DNA from: Deltaproteobacteria bacterium
GTDB lineage: Bacteria; Desulfobacterota; Syntrophia; Syntrophales; JAFGHS01
Direction of reading: 5' to 3'
Assembly (NCBI GenBank): GCA_016930075.1
Contig: JAFGHS010000140.1
Span: 676 to 64,675, forward strand
DNA: 64,000 nt
Shown: positions 1 through 8,311 of the stretch, piece by piece
Numbering within the stretch: the stretch's first letter is position 1
Layout: each line of letters starts with the position of its first letter
The notes under the pieces: model-generated
Databases searched by the model: none
The model's input: the letters and a program-made list of their open reading frames with translations, nothing else
Told to the model about the DNA's origin: nothing
Translations under genes and position numbers: made by a program

Positions 1-18
1 GTCAAGAAAAAATTTTAA

Positions 19-1305
19 TTATTTTACATTTATTACTAAATGCTTCTTTTTCCCTTTTCTCAGGCGTATTTCGCCCCTGTCGTTGATATGCTTTAACCCG
101 ATCGGTTCATCATAATTTTGTATCTGTTCATCGTTGACGTACCCGCCTCCCTGAGCAATAAGACGCTTGGCTTCACTCAAGGACGCACAAAGATTCGTTT
201 CATAATATAACTTGAACGCGGGAATCGTTGCTGCGAACAAACTTCTCGGTTTTTCAACCGACGGGATAGCTGCAGCATTTTCCTCAAATCCACCTCGGGA
301 AATCGTACTGGACGGCATGAGCAGCGCATCCACCGGTTTGATATGGAACGCCTCAACAGCCGCCTGCCAGGCCGCAATAGCAGCCTCCTCGCCATGGGTT
401 ATTTTCGTCGCTTCATAAGCCAGGATCGTTTTTGCCATGTTGAGTTCCTGATCCTTCAGTTTTTTCACCTGCCAGATCTCTTCCATGGGCAGAAAGGTAA
501 ATATGGCGAGAAACCGCTCTACGTCCGCATCGTCTGTATTAATCCAGTACTGATAATATTCATAGGGACTGGTCAGGTTCGCATCGAGCCACACCGTCCC
601 TTTTTCCGTCTTGCCCATTTTACTCCCCGTTGAGGTCGTCATCAAAGGGAATGTCATGCAGTAGGCCTGTTTACCTTCGATTCTGCGGATCAGATCAATG
701 CCCGACACCATGTTGCCCCACTGATCGTTGCCGCCCATCTGCAGGATGCAATCATGGCTCTGAAACAGGTACAGGAAGTCATAGGACTGGAGCAACATAT
801 AGTTGAATTCAATAAAGCTCAGCCCCTTCTCGAGGCGCATTTTGTAACTCTCGGCAGACAGCATCTTGTTGACGCTGAAATGCCGGCCGATATCCCGCAA
901 AAAATCAATGTAGTTGAGCCGGGTCAACCATGTTGCATTATTCAGCAAAACAGCCTTCCCTTCGCCGAAGTCAATATATCGTGAAAGTTGTTTCTGCAGG
1001 CAGTGGGCATTATATTCTATTTGTTCATACGTCAGACTTTGTCTCATTTCCGTCTTGCCGCTGGGATCGCCGATTAAACCCGTACCGCCTCCAACAAGGG
1101 CGATAGGAAAATGTCCGCCTCGCTGCATATGGGCCAGTGACATAATGGGAACGAGACTTCCGATATGGAGGCTCGTCGCCGTCGGATCGAAGCCGATGTA
1201 GCCGGTCACCGGGCCTTTCCCAAGCAATTCCCTGAGCGCCGCCTCATCAGACACCTGTTCTAAAAAGCCTCTTTCCCAAAAAGTGTCGTATACGTTTTCC
1301 GTCAA
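19..1305 (-). CDS. tyrS: tyrosine--tRNA ligase
   Basis: 428-aa ORF with class I aaRS signatures HIGS (HIGH) and KMGKT (KMSKS) and a C-terminal S4-like tail. TTG start lies 8 nt after GGGGAGA. Confidence 0.95.
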   Translation of the reverse strand: MTENVYDTFWERGFLEQVSDEAALRELLGKGPVTGYIGFDPTATSLHIGSLVPIMSLAHMQRGGHFPIALVGGGTGLIGDPSGKTEMRQSLTYEQIEYNAHCLQKQLSRYIDFGEGKAVLLNNATWLTRLNYIDFLRDIGRHFSVNKMLSAESYKMRLEKGLSFIEFNYMLLQSYDFLYLFQSHDCILQMGGNDQWGNMVSGIDLIRRIEGKQAYCMTFPLMTTSTGSKMGKTEKGTVWLDANLTSPYEYYQYWINTDDADVERFLAIFTFLPMEEIWQVKKLKDQELNMAKTILAYEATKITHGEEAAIAAWQAAVEAFHIKPVDALLMPSSTISRGGFEENAAAIPSVEKPRSLFAATIPAFKLYYETNLCASLSEAKRLIAQGGGYVNDEQIQNYDEPIGLKHINDRGEIRLRKGKKKHLVINVK

Positions 1306-1322
1306 CTTTGTTTATCTCCCCA

Positions 1323-2108
1323 TCAATTCATCATTTTTATATTGATTCTTTCAATGCTTAAACTTTTACCGCTTATTTCGTCGATCTTTATGACGACGCC
1401 CTGCATCCGGACATTGTCTTTGGCAACATCATATTTCATCGGCACTTGACTCAAAAAGCGCTTTAGAATCGTCTCTTTATTTATGCCGATGACAGAATCA
1501 AAAGGCCCCGTCATGCCTGCATCGGTGATATAGGCTGTGCCGCCCGGCAGAATGCCTTCATCGGCTGTCTGGACGTGTGTGTGGGTCCCTAAAACGGCGC
1601 TGACGCGACCGTCCAGATACCACGCGAGGGCCTGCTTTTCCGATGTCGCTTCTGCATGTATATCAACGATAACCACCTTGGTTTTTTGATTCAACTTAGC
1701 CAGTTCTTTATCGGCCGTACGAAAGGGACATTCAAGGGGAAGCATAAAAACGCGCCCCATGAGATTCATCACGCCCAGATCGGCAGCGAAGGACGTGGGC
1801 ATAACAACACTGCCCCGCCCCCGCACGGTTGCCGGATAATTGGCCGGTCGCAGCAGCGATCCGTAATCATCGATAAAATCCTCAATTTCTTTTTTGTCCC
1901 AGATATGGTTGCCCGATGTCAACACGTCTATACGACTGGCAAATAATTCCTCAACCACATCTTTCGTAACACCAAAACCGGCAGCGGCATTTTCGGCATT
2001 GGCGATGACAAAATGAATCCCATAGTCCTCAATGACCTTGGGAAGCAGGGCAGCAACAGCCCTCCGGCCCGGTTTGCCGATAATATCGCCGATAAAAAAA
2101 ATTTTCAT
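1323..2108 (-). CDS. ymdB: YmdB-family metallophosphoesterase (2',3'-cyclic-nucleotide 2'-phosphodiesterase-like)
   Basis: 261 aa with calcineurin-like motifs (FIGDIIGKPGR, GNHIWD, DIHAEATSEK, GTHTHVQTAD). Conserved rny-ymdB neighbourhood. Confidence 0.85.
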   Translation of the reverse strand: MKIFFIGDIIGKPGRRAVAALLPKVIEDYGIHFVIANAENAAAGFGVTKDVVEELFASRIDVLTSGNHIWDKKEIEDFIDDYGSLLRPANYPATVRGRGSVVMPTSFAADLGVMNLMGRVFMLPLECPFRTADKELAKLNQKTKVVIVDIHAEATSEKQALAWYLDGRVSAVLGTHTHVQTADEGILPGGTAYITDAGMTGPFDSVIGINKETILKRFLSQVPMKYDVAKDNVRMQGVVIKIDEISGKSLSIERINIKMMN

Positions 2109-2120
2109 TATTCAGACTTT

Positions 2121-3689
2121 CTATCTGGCAAAATCCGAAAACCGGGTTTCCCGAATCACAGTGACCTTGATTTGACCAGGATAAGTCATTTCCGCTTCAA
2201 TCTTCTTTACGATATCCTTGCAAAGCATAACGGCATCGTTGTCCGAGATCTTTTCATTCTCCACAAGGATTCTGATTTCACGGCCGGCCTGAATGGCAAA
2301 ACACTTATCCACGCCCTTAAAGGAGTTAGCAATGGTTTCGAGCCCTTCCAGGCGCTTCACATAAGTCTCAAGCATCTCTCTGCGGGCACCGGGACGGGCA
2401 GCGGACAGCGTGTCGGCCGTCTGCACCAAAACCCCCAAAAGGGAATTTGTCCGGCTGTCCTCATGGTGCGTCTGGATGGCCTGGACAATCCTCGGCGATT
2501 CACCAAAACGACGGGCATAATCGGCGCCGATCTCCGCATGGGTTCCCTCAATCTTAAAATCGACGGCCTTTCCGATATCATGAAGCAGCCCCGCCCTCTT
2601 GGCTTCCTTGATGTTCATCTTCAATTCCGCAGCCATGATACCCATGAGATGCGCCACTTCTATGGAGTGTTGCAGGACATTCTGGGAAAAACTCGTTCGG
2701 AATTTCAAACTGCCTATAAGGGTGATGATTTCCGGATGAATGTCATGAACCCCCAGATCGAAAGAGACTCGCTCACCCGTTTCCCGGATGATGGTATCAA
2801 CTTCCTCTTTGGCCTTTTTGACTATTTCTTCGATACGCCCCGGATGGATCCTCCCGTCCGTTATCAATCGCTCCATGGAGATTCTTGCCACTTCCCGTCT
2901 GATGGGATCGAAACTGGACAGGACAACCGCTTCCGGCGTGTCGTCGACAATCAGGTCTATTCCTGTCGCAGCCTCAATGGCCCGGATGTTCCTGCCTTCC
3001 CGGCCGATAATCCGGCCTTTCATTTCATCGCTGGGCAGATTGACGACCGATACCGTATTTTCCACGACGAAATCGCCTGCATAGCGCTGAATAGCATAGG
3101 CAATAATCTCCTGGGATTTTTTATCCGCCGTCCGTTTGGCTTCATCCTCGATCTTGCGTATGGTAAGCGCCGCGTCATGCTTTGCGGCCGTTTCCATGGT
3201 TGCCATCAGCTGCGCCTTTGCTTCCTCCTGAGACATGCCGGCAACCCTTTCCAGCAGTTCTTTTTGTTCTTCAATCATCCGGTTTATCTTGTCATTTTTT
3301 TCGTTAAGTTGATTTTCCTTGTTGATGAGGCCTTTTTCTCTATTGTCAAAAGCCGCCTCTTTCTGAGACAATACTTCACTTCTTTTTTCCAGATTTTCCT
3401 CTTTTGAGCGAATTCTTTTTTCTATAGCATCAAATTCCTGTTTTTTATCGGCCGAGTCTTTTTCAAACTCTGTTTTTATCTTGAGAAGACTTTCCTTTGC
3501 TTGAAGCATGGCTTCTTTTTTGATGGTTTCCGCTTCCTTTTTGGATTCATCAATGATCCTCGCAGAGAGGCTTTCCGACGACTCCAATTTCTTTCTCGAC
3601 ACTCTCTGTTTGATAATGTAACCTAACACCACACCAATAACCATGGAACCCATGATCATCCAGATGGTCATCATTATTGTATATGTCAA
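2121..3689 (-). CDS. rny: ribonuclease Y
   Basis: 522 aa: N-terminal TM helix, E/K coiled coil, KH motif [14 protein letters not shown] motif LLHDIGK. TTG start after GGGGG. Confidence 0.95.
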   Translation of the reverse strand: MTYTIMMTIWMIMGSMVIGVVLGYIIKQRVSRKKLESSESLSARIIDESKKEAETIKKEAMLQAKESLLKIKTEFEKDSADKKQEFDAIEKRIRSKEENLEKRSEVLSQKEAAFDNREKGLINKENQLNEKNDKINRMIEEQKELLERVAGMSQEEAKAQLMATMETAAKHDAALTIRKIEDEAKRTADKKSQEIIAYAIQRYAGDFVVENTVSVVNLPSDEMKGRIIGREGRNIRAIEAATGIDLIVDDTPEAVVLSSFDPIRREVARISMERLITDGRIHPGRIEEIVKKAKEEVDTIIRETGERVSFDLGVHDIHPEIITLIGSLKFRTSFSQNVLQHSIEVAHLMGIMAAELKMNIKEAKRAGLLHDIGKAVDFKIEGTHAEIGADYARRFGESPRIVQAIQTHHEDSRTNSLLGVLVQTADTLSAARPGARREMLETYVKRLEGLETIANSFKGVDKCFAIQAGREIRILVENEKISDNDAVMLCKDIVKKIEAEMTYPGQIKVTVIRETRFSDFAR

Positions 3690-3928
3690 AGTCTTTACAC
3701 CCCCTTAATCATTTATATTAAAGCTTAATCATAAAGAACAGCTTCATTATAAGAACCTGTTTGATAAATGGTGAAAAAACGGAAAGCTGCTGGAAGGAAA
3801 AAGGTCCAAGTCACCGGAGATAACATGTCCGGTGAAATAAGAGTCCTGCAATCAACATAATCGCATCGGCATCATCAACGAACGATTACCGCGTACATTT
3901 GCAGGGAACTGTATAATTAACTTATCTC

Positions 3929-4222
3929 TTAACTTATATCTTTAATAAGGTTAATTAATCGTTCCGATCTACTCTCTAATTGACTACAAAGTTCTTCTTC
4001 GACCTGTTTAGCCTTGAAATATTCATCGGCAATGTTCAGCGCAACTAATATAGCAATATTCAAAGTCGTCATATTTCCAGATTCTTTACCGATCCCTTCC
4101 GCCTTTTCATTAATATAATCTACAACCTTTCTTACATGCTCATCCCCTGAATCGCTTAAGACCGAAATTTCCTGTCCCAATATGTTGATACAAAAGCGTT
4201 CTTTCAAAGGCAAATCCTTCAA
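3929..4222 (-). CDS. zapA: cell division protein ZapA
   Basis: 97-aa ORF with ZapA-like pattern (INILGQEISVLSDSGDEHVRKV...NIAILVALNIADEY) and a C-terminal coiled coil. Confidence 0.75.
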   Translation of the reverse strand: MKDLPLKERFCINILGQEISVLSDSGDEHVRKVVDYINEKAEGIGKESGNMTTLNIAILVALNIADEYFKAKQVEEELCSQLESRSERLINLIKDIS

Positions 4223-4225
4223 GCA

Positions 4226-4456
4226 TTATTGCGCTGTATTAACATCCTGCAACAGGATGAGCAACCTGTCCACCTTTGTGCTTACAGCATCCCTTTCTTC
4301 CATCAGTTCTTTTATTTTATTATTGATCTCCTCTAATTCCCCAGTTTTCTTTTTCAATTGTTCTTCTAAGTCATGATTCCTTTTTTTTATCACAGAATAT
4401 TCATGGACCATGCTGTTAATTTTATCTTCTAATTCTTTAAATTGCGTCAATTCCAC
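4226..4456 (-). CDS. ZapB-like coiled-coil protein
   Basis: 76-aa all-helical E/K/L heptad ORF ending 3 nt upstream of zapA. Assignment rests on position and composition only. Confidence 0.45.
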   Translation of the reverse strand: MELTQFKELEDKINSMVHEYSVIKKRNHDLEEQLKKKTGELEEINNKIKELMEERDAVSTKVDRLLILLQDVNTAQ

Positions 4457-4625
4457 GGGGCACCCATTCTTTCTCTTATGATATTAATCAATTTTACGGT
4501 TTATGTATGCGATACTTTGAGATTTTTCCATTTACCACAAGTCACCCTGCAAATGTCAAGTTCTTATTTTTCTTTGCCGTTTTACAGCATGAGAACGAGC
4601 AGTAAAATCCTCCTCCTTATACAGG

Positions 4626-5984
4626 CTAAAACAGGCTGGGTTGATCGGCTGCCTGAAGCTTTTCTATATCTTCCTGTTTCAGACAGTTGCTGCCCGGCAG
4701 GGCTTTTGCGCGTTCTTTTAACTCCGCCGCTTTCTCAGCCATATCGAGAGGGTTGTTAAAACGCGACCCATCATCGCTGACGATGGCAATGGTAATCGTA
4801 ATTAACGGAAATTTTTGTTGTATGCCTTGCCTGTCCTTTCCGACAATAAATCCTTTTTGCCGGTCTTTTTCGTTGTAAAATTGATTGATTCGCTGATCAA
4901 AATCCTTCACAACCTGTTGACATATTTTTTCTGCGCGATCCGGTGTTGATGCGAGGATGAAATCATCCCCGCCGATATGGCCGACAAAGTCATCACCCTT
5001 GCCCCATATTCTTATTTTGTCCATAATAATATTGCCCACTTCTTTGATCACTTCGCTGCCCCAGGCATAACCATACCGATCGGCAAAAGGCTTAAAATTA
5101 TCAAGATCGACATGACACAGAGAAAACATGCGGCGAGTTGAAAGGCGCTTTTCTATCTCCAGCTGTATGGCCAGATTGCCGGGAAGACCCGTCAGGGGAC
5201 TTGCGTCCAGATTCAGGGCTTCCAGTTCCTTGAGGCGGTCGGTCATGACGCTGAAGGCGCCGGCCAGGGAACCTATTTCATCGCGCCTCCTGATATTGAG
5301 ATCATGATCAAACTGACCCTGGGCAATAAGACCTGTCGCTTTTTCAAGCTTCTTAAGGGGTTTGGAAATATCGTAGGTAATCAACAATGCCAGTCCGAAA
5401 CCGGTCAGAAGACTGATGACGCTCAGTATCGCGGTCATGCGGGACGCCCTGAGTCCGCGAACCTTTATTAAATTCATGTTCGCATCGATGTCTTTTTCCG
5501 CTTGCTGTTGAATGGCGCGCAATAAAAATATAGTCGCCTCAATCAGTTTTTTCCCCTCTGTATCGGACTTGACGGTCGCATCTTGAACCAGACCTTCTTT
5601 AATCAATGAAGTTTCTTCAGTAAAAAGGACATTATATTGATCATGTTTTTTGGATATCTCGACAATCTTATCCTTCACTGCAGGAACATGAATCCCTTTG
5701 AGTCCTTCTAACCCCTTGTTAAACTCACCGCTTCTCGTCCAGAAAATATCGGCGATAGACGGATCTTTCAGAATCAAATATTTTTTTTCAGCGCTTTCCT
5801 GGGAAAACAGGCCGTCAATCATCTTCCGGCTGGTTTCCAGGACAAAAAAATCCCTGTTGATGATCGTGTAAGCCAATCCATTTAATTCTTGCAGGCTGAT
5901 TGCGGCATACGCGCTGGCTAAAATGGTTAAAAGCGCCATGGCCAGATAGCTCAGTATTAATTTTCTGCTTATGGTCAGCTTCAT
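4626..5984 (-). CDS. membrane sensor with HAMP and non-canonical GGDEF-family (GGDDF) cyclase domain
   Basis: Two TM segments flank a ~150-aa extracytoplasmic region, followed by HAMP and then DLDNFKPFADRYGYAWGSEV...GHIGGDDFIL. ATG at 5984 preferred over the track's TTG at 6002. Confidence 0.8.
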   Translation of the reverse strand: MKLTISRKLILSYLAMALLTILASAYAAISLQELNGLAYTIINRDFFVLETSRKMIDGLFSQESAEKKYLILKDPSIADIFWTRSGEFNKGLEGLKGIHVPAVKDKIVEISKKHDQYNVLFTEETSLIKEGLVQDATVKSDTEGKKLIEATIFLLRAIQQQAEKDIDANMNLIKVRGLRASRMTAILSVISLLTGFGLALLITYDISKPLKKLEKATGLIAQGQFDHDLNIRRRDEIGSLAGAFSVMTDRLKELEALNLDASPLTGLPGNLAIQLEIEKRLSTRRMFSLCHVDLDNFKPFADRYGYAWGSEVIKEVGNIIMDKIRIWGKGDDFVGHIGGDDFILASTPDRAEKICQQVVKDFDQRINQFYNEKDRQKGFIVGKDRQGIQQKFPLITITIAIVSDDGSRFNNPLDMAEKAAELKERAKALPGSNCLKQEDIEKLQAADQPSLF

Positions 5985-6094
5985 GATTCTCGTCCGGTGC
6001 AATCTGTTAAAATATTATTGATGTAAATCTGCTAACATATTCGGTCGATTTCCGCAAAAGAGAAATTTCATTTGTTCCGACGCGCTCATCCATA

Positions 6095-6123
6095 TTGCCC
6101 TTATGATAATCTTTTGATATACT
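6095..6123 (+). promoter_or_regulatory. candidate sigma70-type promoter for paaK
   Basis: TTGCCC (6095-6100), 17-nt spacer, TATACT (6118-6123), about 27 nt upstream of the paaK ATG. Confidence 0.4.
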
Positions 6124-6149
6124 CACAACAAAAAAGGGAGGCATTATCC

Positions 6150-7457
6150 ATGATCTATAATGAGGATTTCGAGACACTACCCCGTGAAGTACTGGAAACC
6201 TTGCAGGTCAGACGGTTGCAGCAGGTTTTGCAACGGGCTTATCACACCGTGGGTTTTTATAAAAAGACCTTCGATAAAGCGGGCATCCGGCCGGATGACA
6301 TTAAGAGCCTTGCCGACATTGGCCGTGTCCCTTTTACAACAAAACAGGATATTGTGGATAATTACCCCTTCGGTCTGTTCGCCGTGCCCATGAGCAATAT
6401 CGTCAGGCTCCACGCCTCATCCGGGATGAAAGGCCGCGCCACGGTTGTGGGATACACGAAGCGCGACATCGAAACCTGGTCAGAACTCATGACAAGATGC
6501 TTTGTCGCCGCCGGTTTGACGAAGAACGACATCATCCTTAATGCCTTCAGCTACGGCCTTTTTACGGGCGGCCTCGGCGTCCATTACGGCGCTGAAAAAC
6601 TGGGAGCCAGCGTCATACCCACATCAGGCGGAAATACCAAGCGGCAACTGATGATTCTCCAGGATTTCGGGCCGACAGCCATTTGCTGCACTCCATCCTA
6701 TGCTCTCACTCTGGCCGCGCAAGGTCGGGAAATGGGCGTCGATCTCAAAGCCCTGAAACTGCGAGTCGGCATCTTCGGCGGGGAGCCGTGGTCCGACAAG
6801 ATACGCCAGGCAATTGAAGACGCCTTCGGCATCAAGGCATTAGACCTCTATGGCATGACGGAAGTCATGGGCCCCGGCGTCTCCATCGAGTGCATCGAAG
6901 GCCGCAAGGGAATGCATGTTTTCGAAGATCACTTCATTGTCGAGATGGTTCATCCGGAAACAGGCGCCATTCTGCCCCCCGGCGAACAAGGCGAACTGGT
7001 TTTCACAACATTGACGAAAGAGGCTTTCCCCCTCATCCGTTACAGAACGAGGGACCTGTCGCGTTTCATTATAGAGCCCTGCCGATGCGGCCGGAGCCAC
7101 ATCCGCATTGACCGCATCAAGGGCCGCAGCGACGACGCCATCAGCATCCGGGGCGTAAACGTCTTCCCTGCCCAGATCGAGTCCGTGCTCACAGGCATAA
7201 AAGAACTTGAACCCAAATACCGGCTCATCGTAGACAGGGCAGGCACCATGGATACCCTGGAAATCCAGGTAGAAGTGAATGAAAAAATCTTTTCCGACTC
7301 CGGCGAGGTTAGGGTTCTGCAGAATATCGAACGGCGGATCGCCAAGGACATGAAGGACTACCTCGGCATTTCCGCAAAGATCAAACTGGTGGAGCCGAAT
7401 TCGCTTCCGCTTGCCGAAGGGAAAACAGCCCAGGTTCTCGATAAAAGACAAATCTGA
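6150..7457 (+). CDS. paaK: phenylacetate--CoA ligase family protein
   Basis: 435 aa from the ATG after AAGGGAGG. PaaK/F390-synthetase-like adenylate-forming enzyme ([19 protein letters not shown]...). Confidence 0.9.
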   Translation: MIYNEDFETLPREVLETLQVRRLQQVLQRAYHTVGFYKKTFDKAGIRPDDIKSLADIGRVPFTTKQDIVDNYPFGLFAVPMSNIVRLHASSGMKGRATVVGYTKRDIETWSELMTRCFVAAGLTKNDIILNAFSYGLFTGGLGVHYGAEKLGASVIPTSGGNTKRQLMILQDFGPTAICCTPSYALTLAAQGREMGVDLKALKLRVGIFGGEPWSDKIRQAIEDAFGIKALDLYGMTEVMGPGVSIECIEGRKGMHVFEDHFIVEMVHPETGAILPPGEQGELVFTTLTKEAFPLIRYRTRDLSRFIIEPCRCGRSHIRIDRIKGRSDDAISIRGVNVFPAQIESVLTGIKELEPKYRLIVDRAGTMDTLEIQVEVNEKIFSDSGEVRVLQNIERRIAKDMKDYLGISAKIKLVEPNSLPLAEGKTAQVLDKRQI

Positions 7458-7494
7458 CAGACGGATCATGATATGAAAGGGAGGAAACGACCAT

Positions 7495-7926
7495 ATGAAA
7501 GTTGAACAGTTATCGATATTCCTGGAAAATAAGCCGGGAACCCTTGAGCACGCAACCAGAATCCTCAAAGATGCAGGCATCAATATCCGAACATTATCTC
7601 TTGCCGACACATCGGATTTCGGCATTTTGCGCCTCATCGTTAATGACGTTGAGGCCGCGAAAGCGATTCTCAAACAAAACGGCTTTACCGTCAGCCGCAC
7701 GACCGTCGTCGCCGTTGAGGTTCCCGATCGGCCGGGCGGACTCCACAGCATTATGGAGGTTATCGCCAAACAGAACATTAATGTCGATTATCTATACGCC
7801 TTCGTGGAAAAAAGCGGAGAAAATGCCGTCATCATCTTTCGATTCAGCGATCCCGATGCCGCCATCGATGTCCTGCAAAAAAATAACTTCACCGTCATCT
7901 CCGGCGAAAAGTTGTATTCGTTTTGA
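7495..7926 (+). CDS. ACT domain-containing protein
   Basis: 143 aa with two ACT repeats ([12 protein letters not shown]..., [12 protein letters not shown]...). Typical partner gene downstream of paaK. Confidence 0.85.
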   Translation: MKVEQLSIFLENKPGTLEHATRILKDAGINIRTLSLADTSDFGILRLIVNDVEAAKAILKQNGFTVSRTTVVAVEVPDRPGGLHSIMEVIAKQNINVDYLYAFVEKSGENAVIIFRFSDPDAAIDVLQKNNFTVISGEKLYSF

Positions 7927-7992
7927 TCGAGCGCTCGATTTGCAAGATGTAAAAAATTCCGTTAAGGACTTTTTCTTTTACGAATTTTCAGA

Positions 7993-8021
7993 TTGACATT
8001 ATCTTAAAAGAAAATTAATAA
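7993..8021 (+). promoter_or_regulatory. candidate sigma70-type promoter of the Phe leader transcript
   Basis: TTGACA (7993-7998), 17-nt spacer, TAATAA (8016-8021). Confidence 0.45.
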
Positions 8022-8073
8022 GGTTCCTCAAGATAAACCGGTTGTGAAAGAATAAACCGTCAGAAAGAACGTC

Positions 8074-8184
8074 ATGGGAAAAGGATACTCTGAAATTATG
8101 TCAGGCGGACACAAGCAAAGCAGCTTGGCAAAAGACAAAGGTTTTTTTGGCTTTTTCTTTTTTAGAAGCAGTCCGCCTGGATAG
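8074..8184 (+). CDS. Phe-rich leader peptide (pheL-like), 36 aa
   Basis: Encodes MGKGYSEIMSGGHKQSSLAKDKGFFGFFFFRSSPPG, with 6 Phe codons in 7 at 8143-8163. Alternative ATG at 8098. A terminator lies between it and the DAHPS-PDT gene. Confidence 0.5.
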   Translation: MGKGYSEIMSGGHKQSSLAKDKGFFGFFFFRSSPPG

Positions 8185-8246
8185 CTGATCGTTTTAAAAA
8201 GCAATCCCGGGTGGACGCAGACGCCGCCCGGGGTGAAGAATGTTTG

Positions 8247-8282
8247 AAACCCCGAGGAAATCACCTTGGGGTTTTTTATTTT
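8247..8282 (+). terminator. intrinsic terminator (attenuator) upstream of DAHPS-PDT gene
   Basis: AAACCCCGAGG (8247-8257) pairs with CCTTGGGGTTT (8264-8274, one G-U), followed by a T-run at 8272-8277. It lies 30 nt before the GTG at 8312. Confidence 0.6.
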
Positions 8283-8311
8283 GTAAATGAAACAATGAAG
8301 GAGGATGTGTC

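Noticed and set aside
2013-3407. 464-aa ORF on the plus strand
   Set aside because: Antisense to rny and ymdB. No motifs.
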